From: Octopus bimaculoides | Lineage: Eukaryota | Direction: 5' to 3' | Assembly (NCBI RefSeq): GCF_001194135.2 | Contig: NC_068983.1 | Coordinates: 29,768,436-29,801,976 of the forward strand | Length of the DNA: 33,541 nt | Shown: one piece after another, positions 21,323 through 32,635 of the stretch | Layout: each line of letters opens with the position of its first letter | Position numbering within the stretch: the first letter of the stretch is position 1 | The notes under the pieces: generated by a model | The model's input: the letters and a program-made list of their open reading frames with translations, nothing else | The model's database searches: none | Told to the model about the DNA's origin: nothing | Program-made: the position numbers and the translations under genes

Positions 21323-22660
21323 CAGGGTGGGCCATAATGATGGGACACATTTAAATGCTAGTGCCTTGGTTTATAAAAATGACATAGAGTACCGAATATA
21401 TTTATTTACATAATGATATACAGGAGTTCAGCATACTATCGAAGATTTGAATATTACATGAGAGAGATAGCCACTACCACGAAGAGAACATTCGCGAGCT
21501 CGTTTTCTCATATCAAGCACACTGTGGCTTAGCATATCAACTATAATGACTGCAATCTCTCTACGGATGCTTTGTTTTAGTTCCACCCTATCCTTGAGAT
21601 AACCTCACAGAAAGGTATCCACTGGAGTTAGATCCGGTGATCTGGATGGCCAGTGGATATCACCAAATCTCGAAATGAGGTGTCTGGGGAATTATTCTCG
21701 AAGAGTTGTCATTGACAATCACGCTGTATGACTAGGTACCATCTTGTTGCATCCACATATGTGTCAGGGCAAGCCTCTGTAACTTGGGAAAGGTCTTCAG
21801 CATATAGTTGTAGCGCTCAGCAGTTACCTTTACAGTTGCACCGTGTTCGTCCTCAAAAATGTAAGGACCAACCATACATGCATAAGTCACTGCACACCAC
21901 ACTGTAACCCTCTTACTGTGCAAAGTCCTCTCATGCACGATTTGAGGACTTTCACAACCCCCAAAACCTACAATTTTATTTATTAACATAATCAGAAAGG
22001 TTAAAATGAGCTTCATCTGATGAAATCAAGTGATGGATAAAATCCTCTTCCTCCCTGCACATATTGGCAAACCAATCAATAAAAGTCTTTATTTGCAAAT
22101 TATCTGGCGGAAGCAATTGCTGCACTAGTTGTAGCTTACATGGATACAAGTGTATGTCATGTTTTAAAATCTTTCAGACATTGGTTCGCGAAATATTCAA
22201 CTGTTAAGCGAATCGATGCGTGGAATTCGAGGGACTTTATTCAAAAGCATTCTCCTCGCTTTGGCAGTTCTCTGCTCTATGAGACGTTCGAGGTCGACCT
22301 GGGGGATTTTTTTCTTCTCCATATCGCTTGTCTTACGGAAATTTGTAATAGCACACAGGACCATCTTTCAGGATGGTGCCTATCGCTTTCCAAAACACTG
22401 TCGGAATTTTCTTTGGGCTGCAACGATGGATCTTTGGCTGGTGAAATATGCTTCACCTACGTATGCAATTTCTTTTGGAGTCCACAACATTATGAGGGTC
22501 ACCAACACCAACTACCTGTAAACACTGTAAAATCTTAGATAATATGTTGAACTCCTGTGTATCAGTTATTTATTACATAACTGTATTTGGTACTCTATGT
22601 CATTTTTATAATCCAAGATACTAGCAATTAAAATGTGTCCCAACATTACGGCCCACTCTG
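21323..22660 (-). mobile_element. Tc1/mariner transposon of DD41D (rosa/Visitor) type with both TIRs; transposase pseudogene ~22490-21420
   Basis: TA|CAGGGTGGGCCATAATGATGGGACACATTT versus AAATGTGTCCCAACATTACGGCCCACTCTG|TA, IR ~80 bp. Transposase motifs MLWTPKE..EAYF..SIVAAQRKFR, VTVWCAV..GPYIFED, QQDG and WPSRSPDLTPVD; restored spacing is 41 aa between the 2nd and 3rd Asp (one 2-nt deletion repaired). Confidence 0.9.
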
Positions 22661-23404
22661 TATATTCCAATCTTACTGGGCTGTTGCCCTTAGTTTACAC
22701 CTAGGTAAGCCTTGATTGAGTGAACCTATGATTAAAGGTATACCATCCGTGACCACCCCGTCTCATATTCAGACTTGATGTATCTCGAACTACATAATCT
22801 AATCTACAAGAGTGTAATTTGAGAGAAATTTCACAGCTGTTTGTCTTAGTCGACATTATACAACAGAGGTGAGAATAAAATGCATATGAACGTGCAGGAA
22901 TGCATTTGTCCTTAGAAAAAGTATCGAATTTGTAATTTTAGTTACTCATAGGCATGTAACATCTCTTAAGTTACTGTTTTCTATCTAAAAACTTGAAACC
23001 AGCGTTCTTCACCCTCCCCTAGTATAGAAGCACATTCTTTGATTCGTCTCGATTCTATTGTGTACACCTTTAACAATGCGTCTACGCTACTGTATTCGCT
23101 TATATTTATCAAAGTATGTTAATTTCTCTTTTGTTTTCATTGTATTTTTGTCTTAGTTGTGTTTTTCTTTTATTTGCAATGAGACGAATGTTAGATAATG
23201 CTGCTCTTTGCCAAAGCAAATGTGATTATTCATGCTGATCATTTATCAACTTCTTTTGACCTTTTAATGTTTTATATTCTAGTGGGTCTCTAATTCACAT
23301 TTTCTCATAACGATATACGTAGCACCCCCCACTCCAGCCAAGCAGAAAGAACTTCTACATGATCGCTAGAAATAGAAGCCAAATCTTTCTCAAGTCACAC
23401 ACTA

Positions 23405-23640
23405 TTGCCTTAACGGCAGTGAAATGGCAGGGTTGTTAGGACATCGGTTGAAATGCTACGTGGTAGTCTTCTGAGTCCCTGTGCTCTGAATTCAAATCCT
23501 GCTAAGGCCACCTTAGCCTTTCATCCTTTCGGTGGGTCGATAAAAAGGTATTTAAGGTGATGGATTGGTGGACTTTAAAAACGTCCGAAAAAAGTGCCTT
23601 GCAGTGTTTATTCCGGCTCTTTACGTTCTGATAACAACAC
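23405..23640 (+). mobile_element. Degraded family B SINE(s)
   Basis: TGAATTCAAATCCTGCTAAGGCCACCTTAGCCTTTCATCCTTTCGGTGGGTCGATAAAA. Confidence 0.7.
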
Positions 23641-23738
23641 TTGCGACGACAAGTCGGCGGCTTTTTCCGCCATATTTTATTTGAGTTGTTTAACAGAAAC
23701 ACCTCGTAATTGAGTGTCTTTAGCAAACCCTTCTGCAG

Positions 23739-23817
23739 AGTCTACTCTATGGCAAGCTTTCAAACCAGGTCTCCGGTTTGGAGAACCTTCCTCTCTTCCA
23801 CTAGCCTCGGAGACCCC
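23739..23817 (+). CDS. + gene exon C (79 nt): (E)STLWQAFKPGLRFGEPSSLPLASET(P)
   Basis: CCCTTCTGCAG| acceptor, CC|GTATGT donor, phase 1 to 2, GC-rich unique island. Confidence 0.65.
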
Positions 23818-23867
23818 GTATGTGTCATAGGCACTGCCTACTTGACTAGAAGACAACAAAAATATCA

Positions 23868-23898
<31 letters not shown>

Positions 23899-24114
23899 TG
23901 CAAAGATAATCTGGATCTTGACTGAGGAAAGAAAATTCCGAATGGCCCTGTCCTTGTTTTCTTTGTATCGTCTATCTGGATATTTTGTTGTCTCTTTCTT
24001 GTATCACTTAACTGTCTGGATGTTTTGCATTCTTGTCCCATTTTAGGAGGCAGACCTTTTGTATCAGTTCTACTGGACTCTCAATTCCGATTTCCTTTAT
24101 ATTCCTCTTGATGC

Positions 24115-24325
24115 CTTGCTGGCAGAATCGTTAGAACGCCAGGCAAAATGCTAAACGGGATTTCGCCCATCTTTACGTTCTTAGTTCAAATTCTGCCGAG
24201 GTCGACTTTGCCGTTCATCCTTTTGGGGGGTCGATGAATTAAGTACCAGTCATGTAATGGGGATCGATGAAATCGACTTACCCATCCCCACAAATTTCAG
24301 GCCTTATGCTTATAACAGAAAGGAT
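24115..24325 (+). mobile_element. Family B SINE, full length
   Basis: GCTGGCAGAATCGTTAG head, GCCGAGGTCGACTTTGCCGTTCATCC core, GGCCTTATGCTTATAACAGAAAGG tail. Confidence 0.85.
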
Positions 24326-24369
24326 TGCCCCTCTTATTCTTCGCCCTGGTGGCAAATAGATGAAATCAT

Positions 24370-24428
24370 TATTATTACTCTGCGTGAGTAAGCGAAAGCA
24401 GGGTATTGTAATCACTCGTCTTTGTCAG
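24370..24428 (+). mobile_element. Possible Helentron-associated (HINE/DINE-1-like) element end
   Basis: TTATTACTCTGC...GCAGGGTATT subterminal hairpin running into a gap. The resemblance is from memory. Confidence 0.3.
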
Positions 24429-25279
24429 NNNNNNNNNNNNNNNNNNNNNNNNNNNNNNNNNNNNNNNNNNNNNNNNNNNNNNNNNNNNNNNNNNNNNNNN
24501 NNNNNNNNNNNNNNNNNNNNNNNNNNNNNNNNNNNNNNNNNNNNNNNNNNNNNNNNNNNNNNNNNNNNNNNNNNNNNNNNNNNNNNNNCTTAATTTCACC
24601 GGAGTATAAATAATTATAATGGTGACACTTTTAAAAAAAATAAAAAAGAAATCGAACTTACAAATTTTCCGTTAAGCAAGTGGTCATATTACTTATATCC
24701 TACATCGAACTACAGTACGTTTGATACACCTGCCATCATTAAAAGATGTTGAAAACACTCAAATTCTATGCAATATTTTCTATAAGTATTTCATTTGTTC
24801 ACTTTCTTTTTCATAATCATGACTATGAATAATCATCTATTGAGTCATATGCAAATTTTATTCATGCTGATTGTATCTTTGATTTTCTTTGTCAACTCGT
24901 ATTTTAGCATTTCACTGTAAAACTATTGAAACAGAATTTTTTTTTCTCTCTCTTTTTTGAACACACATGATTCTTTAGTGAAAAATTGAAGAATCTTCAT
25001 TTTATCTTATTTTTTCTTAATTTTAATTCCAAACCCTCTAGAATAACATTCAAATTTCTTTGCCAACTCGTATTTTAACGTTTTCACGAAAATCAGTTGA
25101 AATATAAGTAGTTTCTTCAACGCGCCTGGTTCTTCAGTAGAAATGAAAGATAAAAACCATCTTTTCACTCCTTTGACCATATTCCCTTTAACTTCGATCA
25201 TATTTTTGAATTATAAAAGCAAAAAAAATTCATTTATCTGCTGCGCGCAGGGTATATGCATCGGCCCTCCAATGCCAAT

Positions 25280-25311
<32 letters not shown>

Positions 25312-25858
25312 GTCAGCTACCCGCAGCTGATTTCAATTTTGATGGAATTATTTGAAACGAAAAGTTAATGTCACGGTAATTTTCCGAAAATACCAAACCT
25401 GGATATTTCCACACTCTTTAACCTATGGTACTTAGCAACCGACTTTGACGTGTTAAACAAAATGATCCTAGATGATCCTAAAACCGACCTCACCTTCAAA
25501 AAATTTTTGCATATGTATGTCTGAGTCTATGTATGTGTGTGCCTGTGTGTGTCCAGATGCCATGCATCTGAAACCAAATTCTGTGGTTAAGAAGCGAACT
25601 TCTTATCCATACTGCCAGGCATCACGCTGATTCATCATGAGACTTAGTTGTAGGGACAGCAAAGTCAGCAAGCTTTATCCGCATCCAGAACTAGGGCAAA
25701 TTTCACATTGAAATTGAATACATGTAGATATGACGTCGAAAATTTGTGCGCACCGAAACTACGCTGATTCTTGTCTCCATGACTGACGAGAATTGATTCA
25801 CATCTAACTGCCCCTTTCCGTTAATCGTTTTCTGTGTCGCTTTGATTTNNNNNNNNNN

Positions 25859-25891
<33 letters not shown>

Positions 25892-26111
25892 CATATATAC
25901 ATATGTATGTGTTTGTGTGCCTGGGTGTGCGCGTATATGAATGTAAGTGCATACATATATATAGATACTTACATATGCATATATATAGGTAAATACATAC
26001 ATCTACATAAAAATACACATATATATAAATTTGTATGCATGTGTATGTATTCACATATGTATGTATATATATATGTATGTAGTAGGTATGTATCTGTGTG
26101 TGTGTGCGTGT
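25859..26111. repeat. Degenerate (TA/TG/TATG/CATA)n microsatellite
   Basis: Direct reading; abuts the 3' end of RLE copy 2. Confidence 0.9.
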
Positions 26112-26680
26112 GTTCTCTTCTGTTTTTTGTCATGCGAATTCTTCCTCTTAGGAATGAGCTGGTTTCTAACAAAAAACACAAAGCTCCATCATTGGAATAT
26201 TTCTAACAAAAGTACAAAGCTCCATCATTGAATAACAGAAACAGTGTCACGTCTTAAACTTGAGAAAAGCCTTACATATTTTTACTATTCCAATTAAAGA
26301 TTCTCTTTGTAATGTGCGAGTTAATTGGTTGATATCTTTTTCTGAAAACCCTAGCTTATTCAGATCGTCACTTAGGTATTTATTTACTTACAAAATCAAG
26401 AGCACCAATTATTATTGGTTCAGATGTGAATGTTATATGGATATAGAAGCTAGAGGTTTCGAAGCAGTTGTCTATAATTATCCTCTTTCACTTTGATTTT
26501 CAAAGATATATTCACATCAGCAGATCAGCTGACCTCCGTGACGGTACATACTTTTTTCTTGTCCGTCCCAAACAACAGTATCTGGCCTCTTATGTTTACA
26601 CTTGACAGATGTTTTGATAGAATGGTCCACCAATATTCCTGGTGATGATGTTTGTATATGTATTCAAAAACCGGAGTAGT
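26112..26680 (-). pseudogene. RLE (R4/Dong-like) LINE 3' fragment, copy 2
   Basis: Reverse complement aligns at roughly 80% by eye with 16300-16819 (KCKHKRPDTVVWD..EVS; IIIGAL; VKICKAFLKFKT*) and has the same 3' end AGAAGAGAAC. Confidence 0.85.
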
Positions 26681-27792
26681 ACTGAGGCCGATTCGTTAGA
26701 CTAAAATTCCTCAAGGCTGTGCCCCAGCATGGCCGCTGTCTAATAACTGAAACAAGTATTTAAAAAAATGATGTATCCGTAGTACCGGAGCTGTGGCCTC
26801 TCAATGCACAAAAGTAAAGGCTAAACTTGAAGAGACTCGCTGATCTATGATCTACGCACCTTGCTGTTTTTCAAATTTAAAATACGTAGTAATTTCCTCT
26901 GTAAGATATATTGTGATGTTTCACTGCTGTACAGCATTATCTGTCTGATAAATACATAAAAATAACCATTAAGGTTTTTGTTTTCTTTTGTATTCGCAGC
27001 GTATGGAAATTAAATATCTTTGCTAAACCAGTGAATCTAGGAAATAAAACGCTACACAGACAATAAAACGATAAAGCTTTTAATTCTACTAATAAAAATG
27101 TATCTAATAAAATACTTATCATTCCAGTAGGAATGTATTAAACAGTGTATTCAAACGTACACACATATAAACATGCAAATACGTGCACAAACACACACAC
27201 ACACATACACATACATACATATATGCACACATATACATGAACATACATATACACGCACACTCATACACACAAACGCTCGTACAAGCACACATACTATGAA
27301 GTTGCTACCAATGGTTTCATAAAACCGATATATAACGGTGACAGTCTTCAGTCAACATGCCTATGAAAATGCAACCATTGTTGACAATACGTGTGCGCAC
27401 ACACACACATACATACACAGACACGCACACACACATACCAGCGAACATAGTTTTAGTATTACATGTTGATAACAGAGCACAGGCGAGAGACAGAACGCGA
27501 CAAAATTTCATAAAGTAATTAATATATTTTAGTAAATTACTGACCCCTAACTAATATACACTTGTTTCAGTCGGCAAATATTCGGCACCTTGTGTGTGGT
27601 CTGAGGATAATTCAATAACTTGATACGCTTCTTACTACTAGAACAACTTCTCTTGCCTTCCCACCAGTTTAAGAAATCGTCTAAGGTTCAAGAGTGTTGT
27701 CGTATAGCTTCCGACAAATCCATGAACTGAAAACATAACAGACTTTCTCCCGGAAAGAAATTCCGTCGTTTGAGTTCTTTTGAAAGTGGTTG

Positions 27793-28085
27793 CGAAGACA
27801 CGTGGCTTGTTGGTTAGGTATTCGCTTCTGGGTCGTGGGTTCGATTCCCGGCTGCGTATTATGTTCTTACGCAAGACATCTTATTTCAAGTTGCTCCAGT
27901 CCTTTGACAGCGGCCATGCTGGAGCACTACCTTTAGTCGAGCAAATCGACTCCAGGACTTATTTTTTGGAAGCCTAGTATTTATTCTATCGGTCTCTTTT
28001 GCCGATCGATCTCTTTTGCTAAGTTACGGGGACGTTAACACACCACCATCGGTTGTCAAGCACACAAACATACACACACACACAT

Positions 28086-28129
<44 letters not shown>

Positions 28130-28450
28130 GACGAGCTTCTTTCAGTTTCCGTCTACCAAATCCACTCAGCTCGAGGCTATAGTAGAAGACACTTGCCTAA
28201 AATGCCACGCAGTGGGAATGAACCCGAAACCATGTAGTTGGTAAGCAAGCTACTTACCACACAGCCACTCCTGCGCCTGGCAAAAAAATAAGTTTTACAT
28301 GTATTGTTACATTCTGTGTCACATTGAATCTCAATCGTTAGGGTACACATGTCTGTAAAGTGTTCATCTATTTACACATTAATTTCACGAGCAGGCTGTT
28401 CCGTTGATCGGATCAACTGGAACACTCGTCGTCCTGACCGACGGAATGAA
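27793..28450 (+). mobile_element. Chimeric SINE (own tRNA head and TTCTT.GCAAGACA central motif; family C tail) split by a family A insertion
   Basis: Head GGTTCGATTCCCGG at ~27838; tail 28310-28450 aligns with 20525-20680. Confidence 0.6.
27901..28278 (-). mobile_element. Family A SINE, nested in opposite orientation
   Basis: Aligns with the reverse complement of 6794-7190 with small deletions. Confidence 0.9.
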
Positions 28451-28699
28451 GGGTTGGTTTTTTTTTCATTTATTTCGTAATTGTTTAAAGCTATCTAGTA
28501 CTGAAATATATTTGTTCTCACATTGGTCTATGTTACACATGTTTATTATTGCAATTACAGATACTCTTACGGCTTTCATATACATTTCCTTTTTTTTTTT
28601 TTTCTGGTTTAAAAGTCAAACATTACTTATAACTTTATACTAACTCACTCACTCATATATATTCTCACCTTTACTCACAATCACACCTCTGCGGACATT

Positions 28700-29169
28700 C
28701 CAAAACGCACACGCGCATACATATACACGCACACAGATTCGCGCGTGCGCGCACGTGCATGCATACACACGCTATCTCTCACGTATATACACACATACAC
28801 TCTCTCACACTCATACACACATACACTCTTGTTCTCTCTCTGTCTTTCTTACGTACACACACACGCACACTCACACATGCGCACACGCACACAGACACAC
28901 ATACTTACACACTCTCTCTCACGTATATACACACAAACACATACACTCTCTCACACACATACACACATACATTCTCGTTCTCTCTCTGTCTTTCTCACAC
29001 ACACACACGCACAAACGCACACACACACACACACACACACACACGCTCACACACGCGTGCACGCACACACATACATACACACACTCTCTCTCACGTATAT
29101 ACACATAAACACACATACACTCTCTCACACACATACACACATACATTCCCGTTCTCTCTCTGTCTTTCT

Positions 29170-29206
<37 letters not shown>

Positions 29207-29208
29207 GG
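28700..29208. repeat. Higher-order minisatellite: three 140-175 bp units built from (CA)/(CT) microsatellite
   Basis: Anchors ACGTATATAC at 28781/28921/29093 and GTTCTCTCTCTGTCTTTCT at 28831/28977/29151. Confidence 0.85.
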
Positions 29209-29291
29209 GTAAACACATTATTGTGCCTTTTAAAATGAGATTTCAGCAACTGAAATTGTTCTCTTTCAATGTGTTATTTGTGTCACTACAG

Positions 29292-29324
29292 GCATGAAAT
29301 TAAGCAGCCGAGAGTTTCAAAGAG
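29292..29324 (+). CDS. + gene exon D, 33-nt symmetric microexon: (P)HEIKQPRVSK(R)
   Basis: Pyrimidine-rich TTTGTGTCACTACAG| acceptor, GAG|GTAAAT donor, phase 2 to 2. Confidence 0.7.
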
Positions 29325-30161
29325 GTAAATGCGGTTTCTTGGAGCATATGTCAATTAGAATCAAACGCAAACCCGGATGAACGTATTTAGATATACGTGC
29401 AAGAACGTAAACATATATATATGTAGCCGGATTTACACACACACGCACATACACACACATATACACACACACATACACACACACACAAACACAGGCTCAC
29501 ACACATGTATACGAATATATATATATATATATANNNNNNNNNNNNNNNNNNNNNNNNNNNNNNNNNNNNNNNNNNNNNNNNNNNNNNNNNNNNNNNNNNN
29601 NNNNNNNNNNNNNNNNNNNNNNNNNNNNNNNNNNNNNNNNNNNNNNNNNNNNNNNNNNNNNNNNNNNNNNNNNNNNNNNNNNNNNNNNNNNNNNNNNNNN
29701 NNNNNNNNNNNNNNNNNNNNNNNNNNNNNNNNNNNNNNNNNNNNNNNNNNNNNNNNNNNNNNNNNNNNNNNNNNNNNNNNNNNNNNNNNNNNNNNNNNNN
29801 NNNNNNNNNNNNNNNNNNNNNNNNNNNNNNNNNNNNNNNNNNNNNNNNNNNNNNNNNNNNNNNNNNNNNNNNNNNNNNNNNNNNNNNNNNNNNNNNNNNN
29901 NNNNNNNNNNNNNNNNNNNNNNNNNNNNNNNNNNNNNNNNNNNNNNNNNNNNNNNNNNNNNNNNNNNNNNNNNNNNNNNNNNNNNNNNNNNNNGACACAA
30001 ATCATACTGTTAACTTTGGTATATCGAGTTTACAATTAGTTTGGAAGTAAAACAGAATTCATTTCTTTTTGTTTTGAGTTCAAATTCATGAGTTCAAATT
30101 TTTGAAAGAAATTTCTGACAAAACTTCCAACTTTCAGTGCTTTTATAAATATATATAAAAT

Positions 30162-30486
30162 AGGCGCAGGATTGGCTGTGTGGTAAGTAGCTTGCTCACC
30201 AACCACATGGTTCCGGGTTCAGTCCCACTGCGTGGCATCTTGGGCAAGTATCTTCTACTATAGCCTCGGGCCGACCAAAGCCTTGTGAGTGGATTTGGTA
30301 GACGGAAACTGAAAGAAGCCCGTCATATATATGTATATATATGTGTGTGTGTATGTTTGTGTGTCTGTGTCTGTCCCTCTAGCATTAATTGACAACCGAT
30401 GCTGGTGTGTTTATGCCCCCGTAACTTAGCGGCTCGGCAAAAGAGACCGATAGAATAAGCACTAAGCTTACAAAGAATAAGTCCCG
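30162..30486 (+). mobile_element. Family A SINE, 3'-truncated
   Basis: High similarity to 6794-7127. Confidence 0.9.
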
Positions 30487-30603
30487 GTGTCTTTTTAACG
30501 TGGATATTTTGTTAGGACACCAAATACTGCGGTATTCGCCTTTAGAGATATTCTCATGTTGACGAAATGATGCATAAAGCACACATGTATATATCATTAG
30601 CAG

Positions 30604-30814
30604 GCGAGAATCTGCTATATGTGCACCGGAACAGTCAGATCGTGTGATTTCAACATACTGCGTCTCTTCAGTGACAGATGTTCGCTCACCACATACCAGC
30701 CAAATTTCACTGCCAACGACCAAGCCCTGTATTAATGTGTCAAAAAGATGTCCGATATGTTCCCTCCAAAAACTGTATCCTTTAAAAAACTGTAAAAAAA
30801 AGATCCTCCAGTGA
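30604..30814 (+). CDS. + gene exon E: (R)RESAICAPEQSDRVISTYCVSSVTDVRSPHTSQISLPTTKPCINVSKRCPICSLQKL...; 3' boundary uncertain
   Basis: TCATTAGCAG| acceptor, open in phase 2 to TGA at 30812-30814; possible internal donors after 30774 (phase 2) or 30791 (phase 1). Confidence 0.55.
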
Positions 30815-31208
30815 CTGTATAAATTCCAGGAACGAGATTTTTCTTTATGTCTGCATTTTAAAAAATACATCTTGTTGGAAATTAAAGATTACCGAGTACA
30901 TTATATTGTCTAGTTAACGGATATTGATACGGATATCAATATCCGTAAACTGATTGTTTGATGTGGGGTTGGTTATCTCCTCCGTGTTTTTCTCTTCCTT
31001 TTTTAAATATGTGTTCTCATTCAAACATCAACTGCATCGAATGCAGTTAACAAAGTCTTGTTATTTTTAACAGCTTAAAAAATAGCGATAAAAAAGTGTC
31101 AGCTATACCCAATCTTGTCCTCTATACTATGATATCTGGCTCGGTATACGATTCACCTGGCACAGGAATGAACATTATCTTAGTTTATTTCTTCTGACTT
31201 ATTTTAAG

Positions 31209-31269
31209 ACAAAAGACCGTACATGAAGCATCAACTCGATCTATAATGTGTGGACCATCAGCAGTGTGA
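31209..31269 (+). CDS. Candidate terminal exon: QKTVHEASTRSIMCGPSAV* (phase 2) or YKRPYMKHQLDL* (phase 1)
   Basis: TTCTTCTGACTTATTTTAAG| acceptor with a CTGAC branch-point-like motif. Confidence 0.35.
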
Positions 31270-31397
31270 GCCAGGAAGCCAACATCATCTATATAATGGA
31301 GTCACCTAATCAGTTTCCAGCGTTTTTGATGTGAAGTTGAACCTTCTCAGGCTGAAGAGTTTTTAGATAAGGGGACACAATTATCACAGTCGAGGAA

Positions 31398-31676
31398 TAC
31401 ATATTACATACATACATACATACATACAAATATACATACATGAAAATACACATACATATAGACATACGTGCATGCATGCACACATGCATACATACATACA
31501 TGTATTCATGCATGCATGCACACGTGCATGCATACATACATACATACATAATAAAATACATGCATACATAAAGGCATGCATTCTTGTGTGCATATATACA
31601 TACATGCATGCGTGCATACATACATACACACACGCATGCATACACACATACATGCTTGCATACATACATACATACA

Positions 31677-31708
<32 letters not shown>

Positions 31709-31720
31709 CACATACATACA
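31398..31720. repeat. Degenerate (ATAC/ATGC)n microsatellite
   Basis: Direct reading; source of several spurious ORFs. Confidence 0.95.
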
Positions 31721-32097
31721 TAACTGGTGAGATTTTTGTTCAAGTTATTTTATTTCCTATTTTTTATGTTTTTATTCATTTAAACCCTATAGGATATCCG
31801 GCCAAGTCATTAGTAAAAAAATTTTAACGATCAACCTATTTCACTCTATTTTATTTCATTTTTTATTTCACTGTATTTAAATTTTTTGTTATTTATGTAT
31901 TTATCTATTTATCTCCTTATCCTCGCTTTTTTAGTCCGTTCCTTATATGGTCATTCAAGTATTTGTAAAAGATAAAGTCAACTACCATTGTCTGTCACAA
32001 TATAATAAGAAAACTTGCTAATTTATAGCAGATTCTGATGTTTGATACGTTTTGATGTGTCGTCTGTTCATTATGTTACAGCACAATTATTCTTATG

Positions 32098-32098
32098 G

Positions 32099-32163
<65 letters not shown>

Positions 32164-32222
32164 GACGGACGGACGGACGGATCCGTAGGTAGGTAGGTAG
32201 ATAGGTAGATGGATAGATAGGT
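32098..32222. repeat. Compound tetranucleotide repeat (AGAT)(GGAC)(AGGT)
   Basis: Direct reading. Confidence 0.95.
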
Positions 32223-32509
32223 AAAGGGCAAGAGATTAAGAGATACGAAGAGCGGTCAAAATTGTAGACTAGCACCGTAAATCATGTGATAGGTTTATAG
32301 AGAGATAGAACCGTATAATACTACATTATACCAAATTAATTAACAAAGAACCTATAGACTTCGTGTTTTATGGCTGAGTACGTTGTAATATTTACATATA
32401 ACGGCAACAACATAGTACCCACAATATCACAATATAAGCATGTTTGTTATGATATCCTAAGGCATTATATTGTCAGTTACAGCATGTGTATGTAAAATAC
32501 TGCAGATCT

Positions 32510-32630
32510 CAGGCAATGCGCTCCAGCCTTCGTTTGTACCACAGACCGGTTTCATGTAAGACAACTTTTCCGCGGATCGGGGAATCACACACAATAAAAC
32601 TCAATAAAGTGCATAATATATCATTTAATT
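32510..32630 (+). mobile_element. hAT-Charlie-like terminal fragment
   Basis: CCAGCCTTCGTTTGTACCACAGACCGGTTTCATGTAAGACAACTTTTCCGCGGA resembles Charlie-type 5' ends as I recall them. Confidence 0.45.
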
Positions 32631-32635
32631 ATTAC

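Larger units (their letters stand above)
6258..29993. other. Assembly gaps: 6258-6267, 8212-8511, 9852-10068, 13084-13333, 15170-15413, 24429-24588, 25849-25858, 29534-29993
   Basis: N runs, most abutting microsatellites or repeats. Confidence 1.

Noticed and set aside
23703-23845. Minus-strand exon (QVGSAYDTYGVSEASGREEGSPNRRPG...) that can be spliced in phase to a minus exon at 30779-30659 (ORF 30385-30870)
   Set aside because: Both are antisense shadows of + exons C and E. The minus donor here (GTGTTT) is weak and the chain links only two exons, against five on the + strand. Not fully excluded without stranded RNA-seq.
18409-29324. Direct B-to-D splice giving ...FIGMKLSSREFQR, resembling SEA-domain or RCK motifs
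   Set aside because: The similarity is a few residues only. Including exon C uses the other frame of D and continues cleanly into exon E.
28745-31827. Long His/Thr, Cys/Val and Tyr/Met/Val ORFs (also at 9207-9665, 20980-21348, 25703-26231) and all X-containing ORFs
   Set aside because: Translations of microsatellites or N-gaps.
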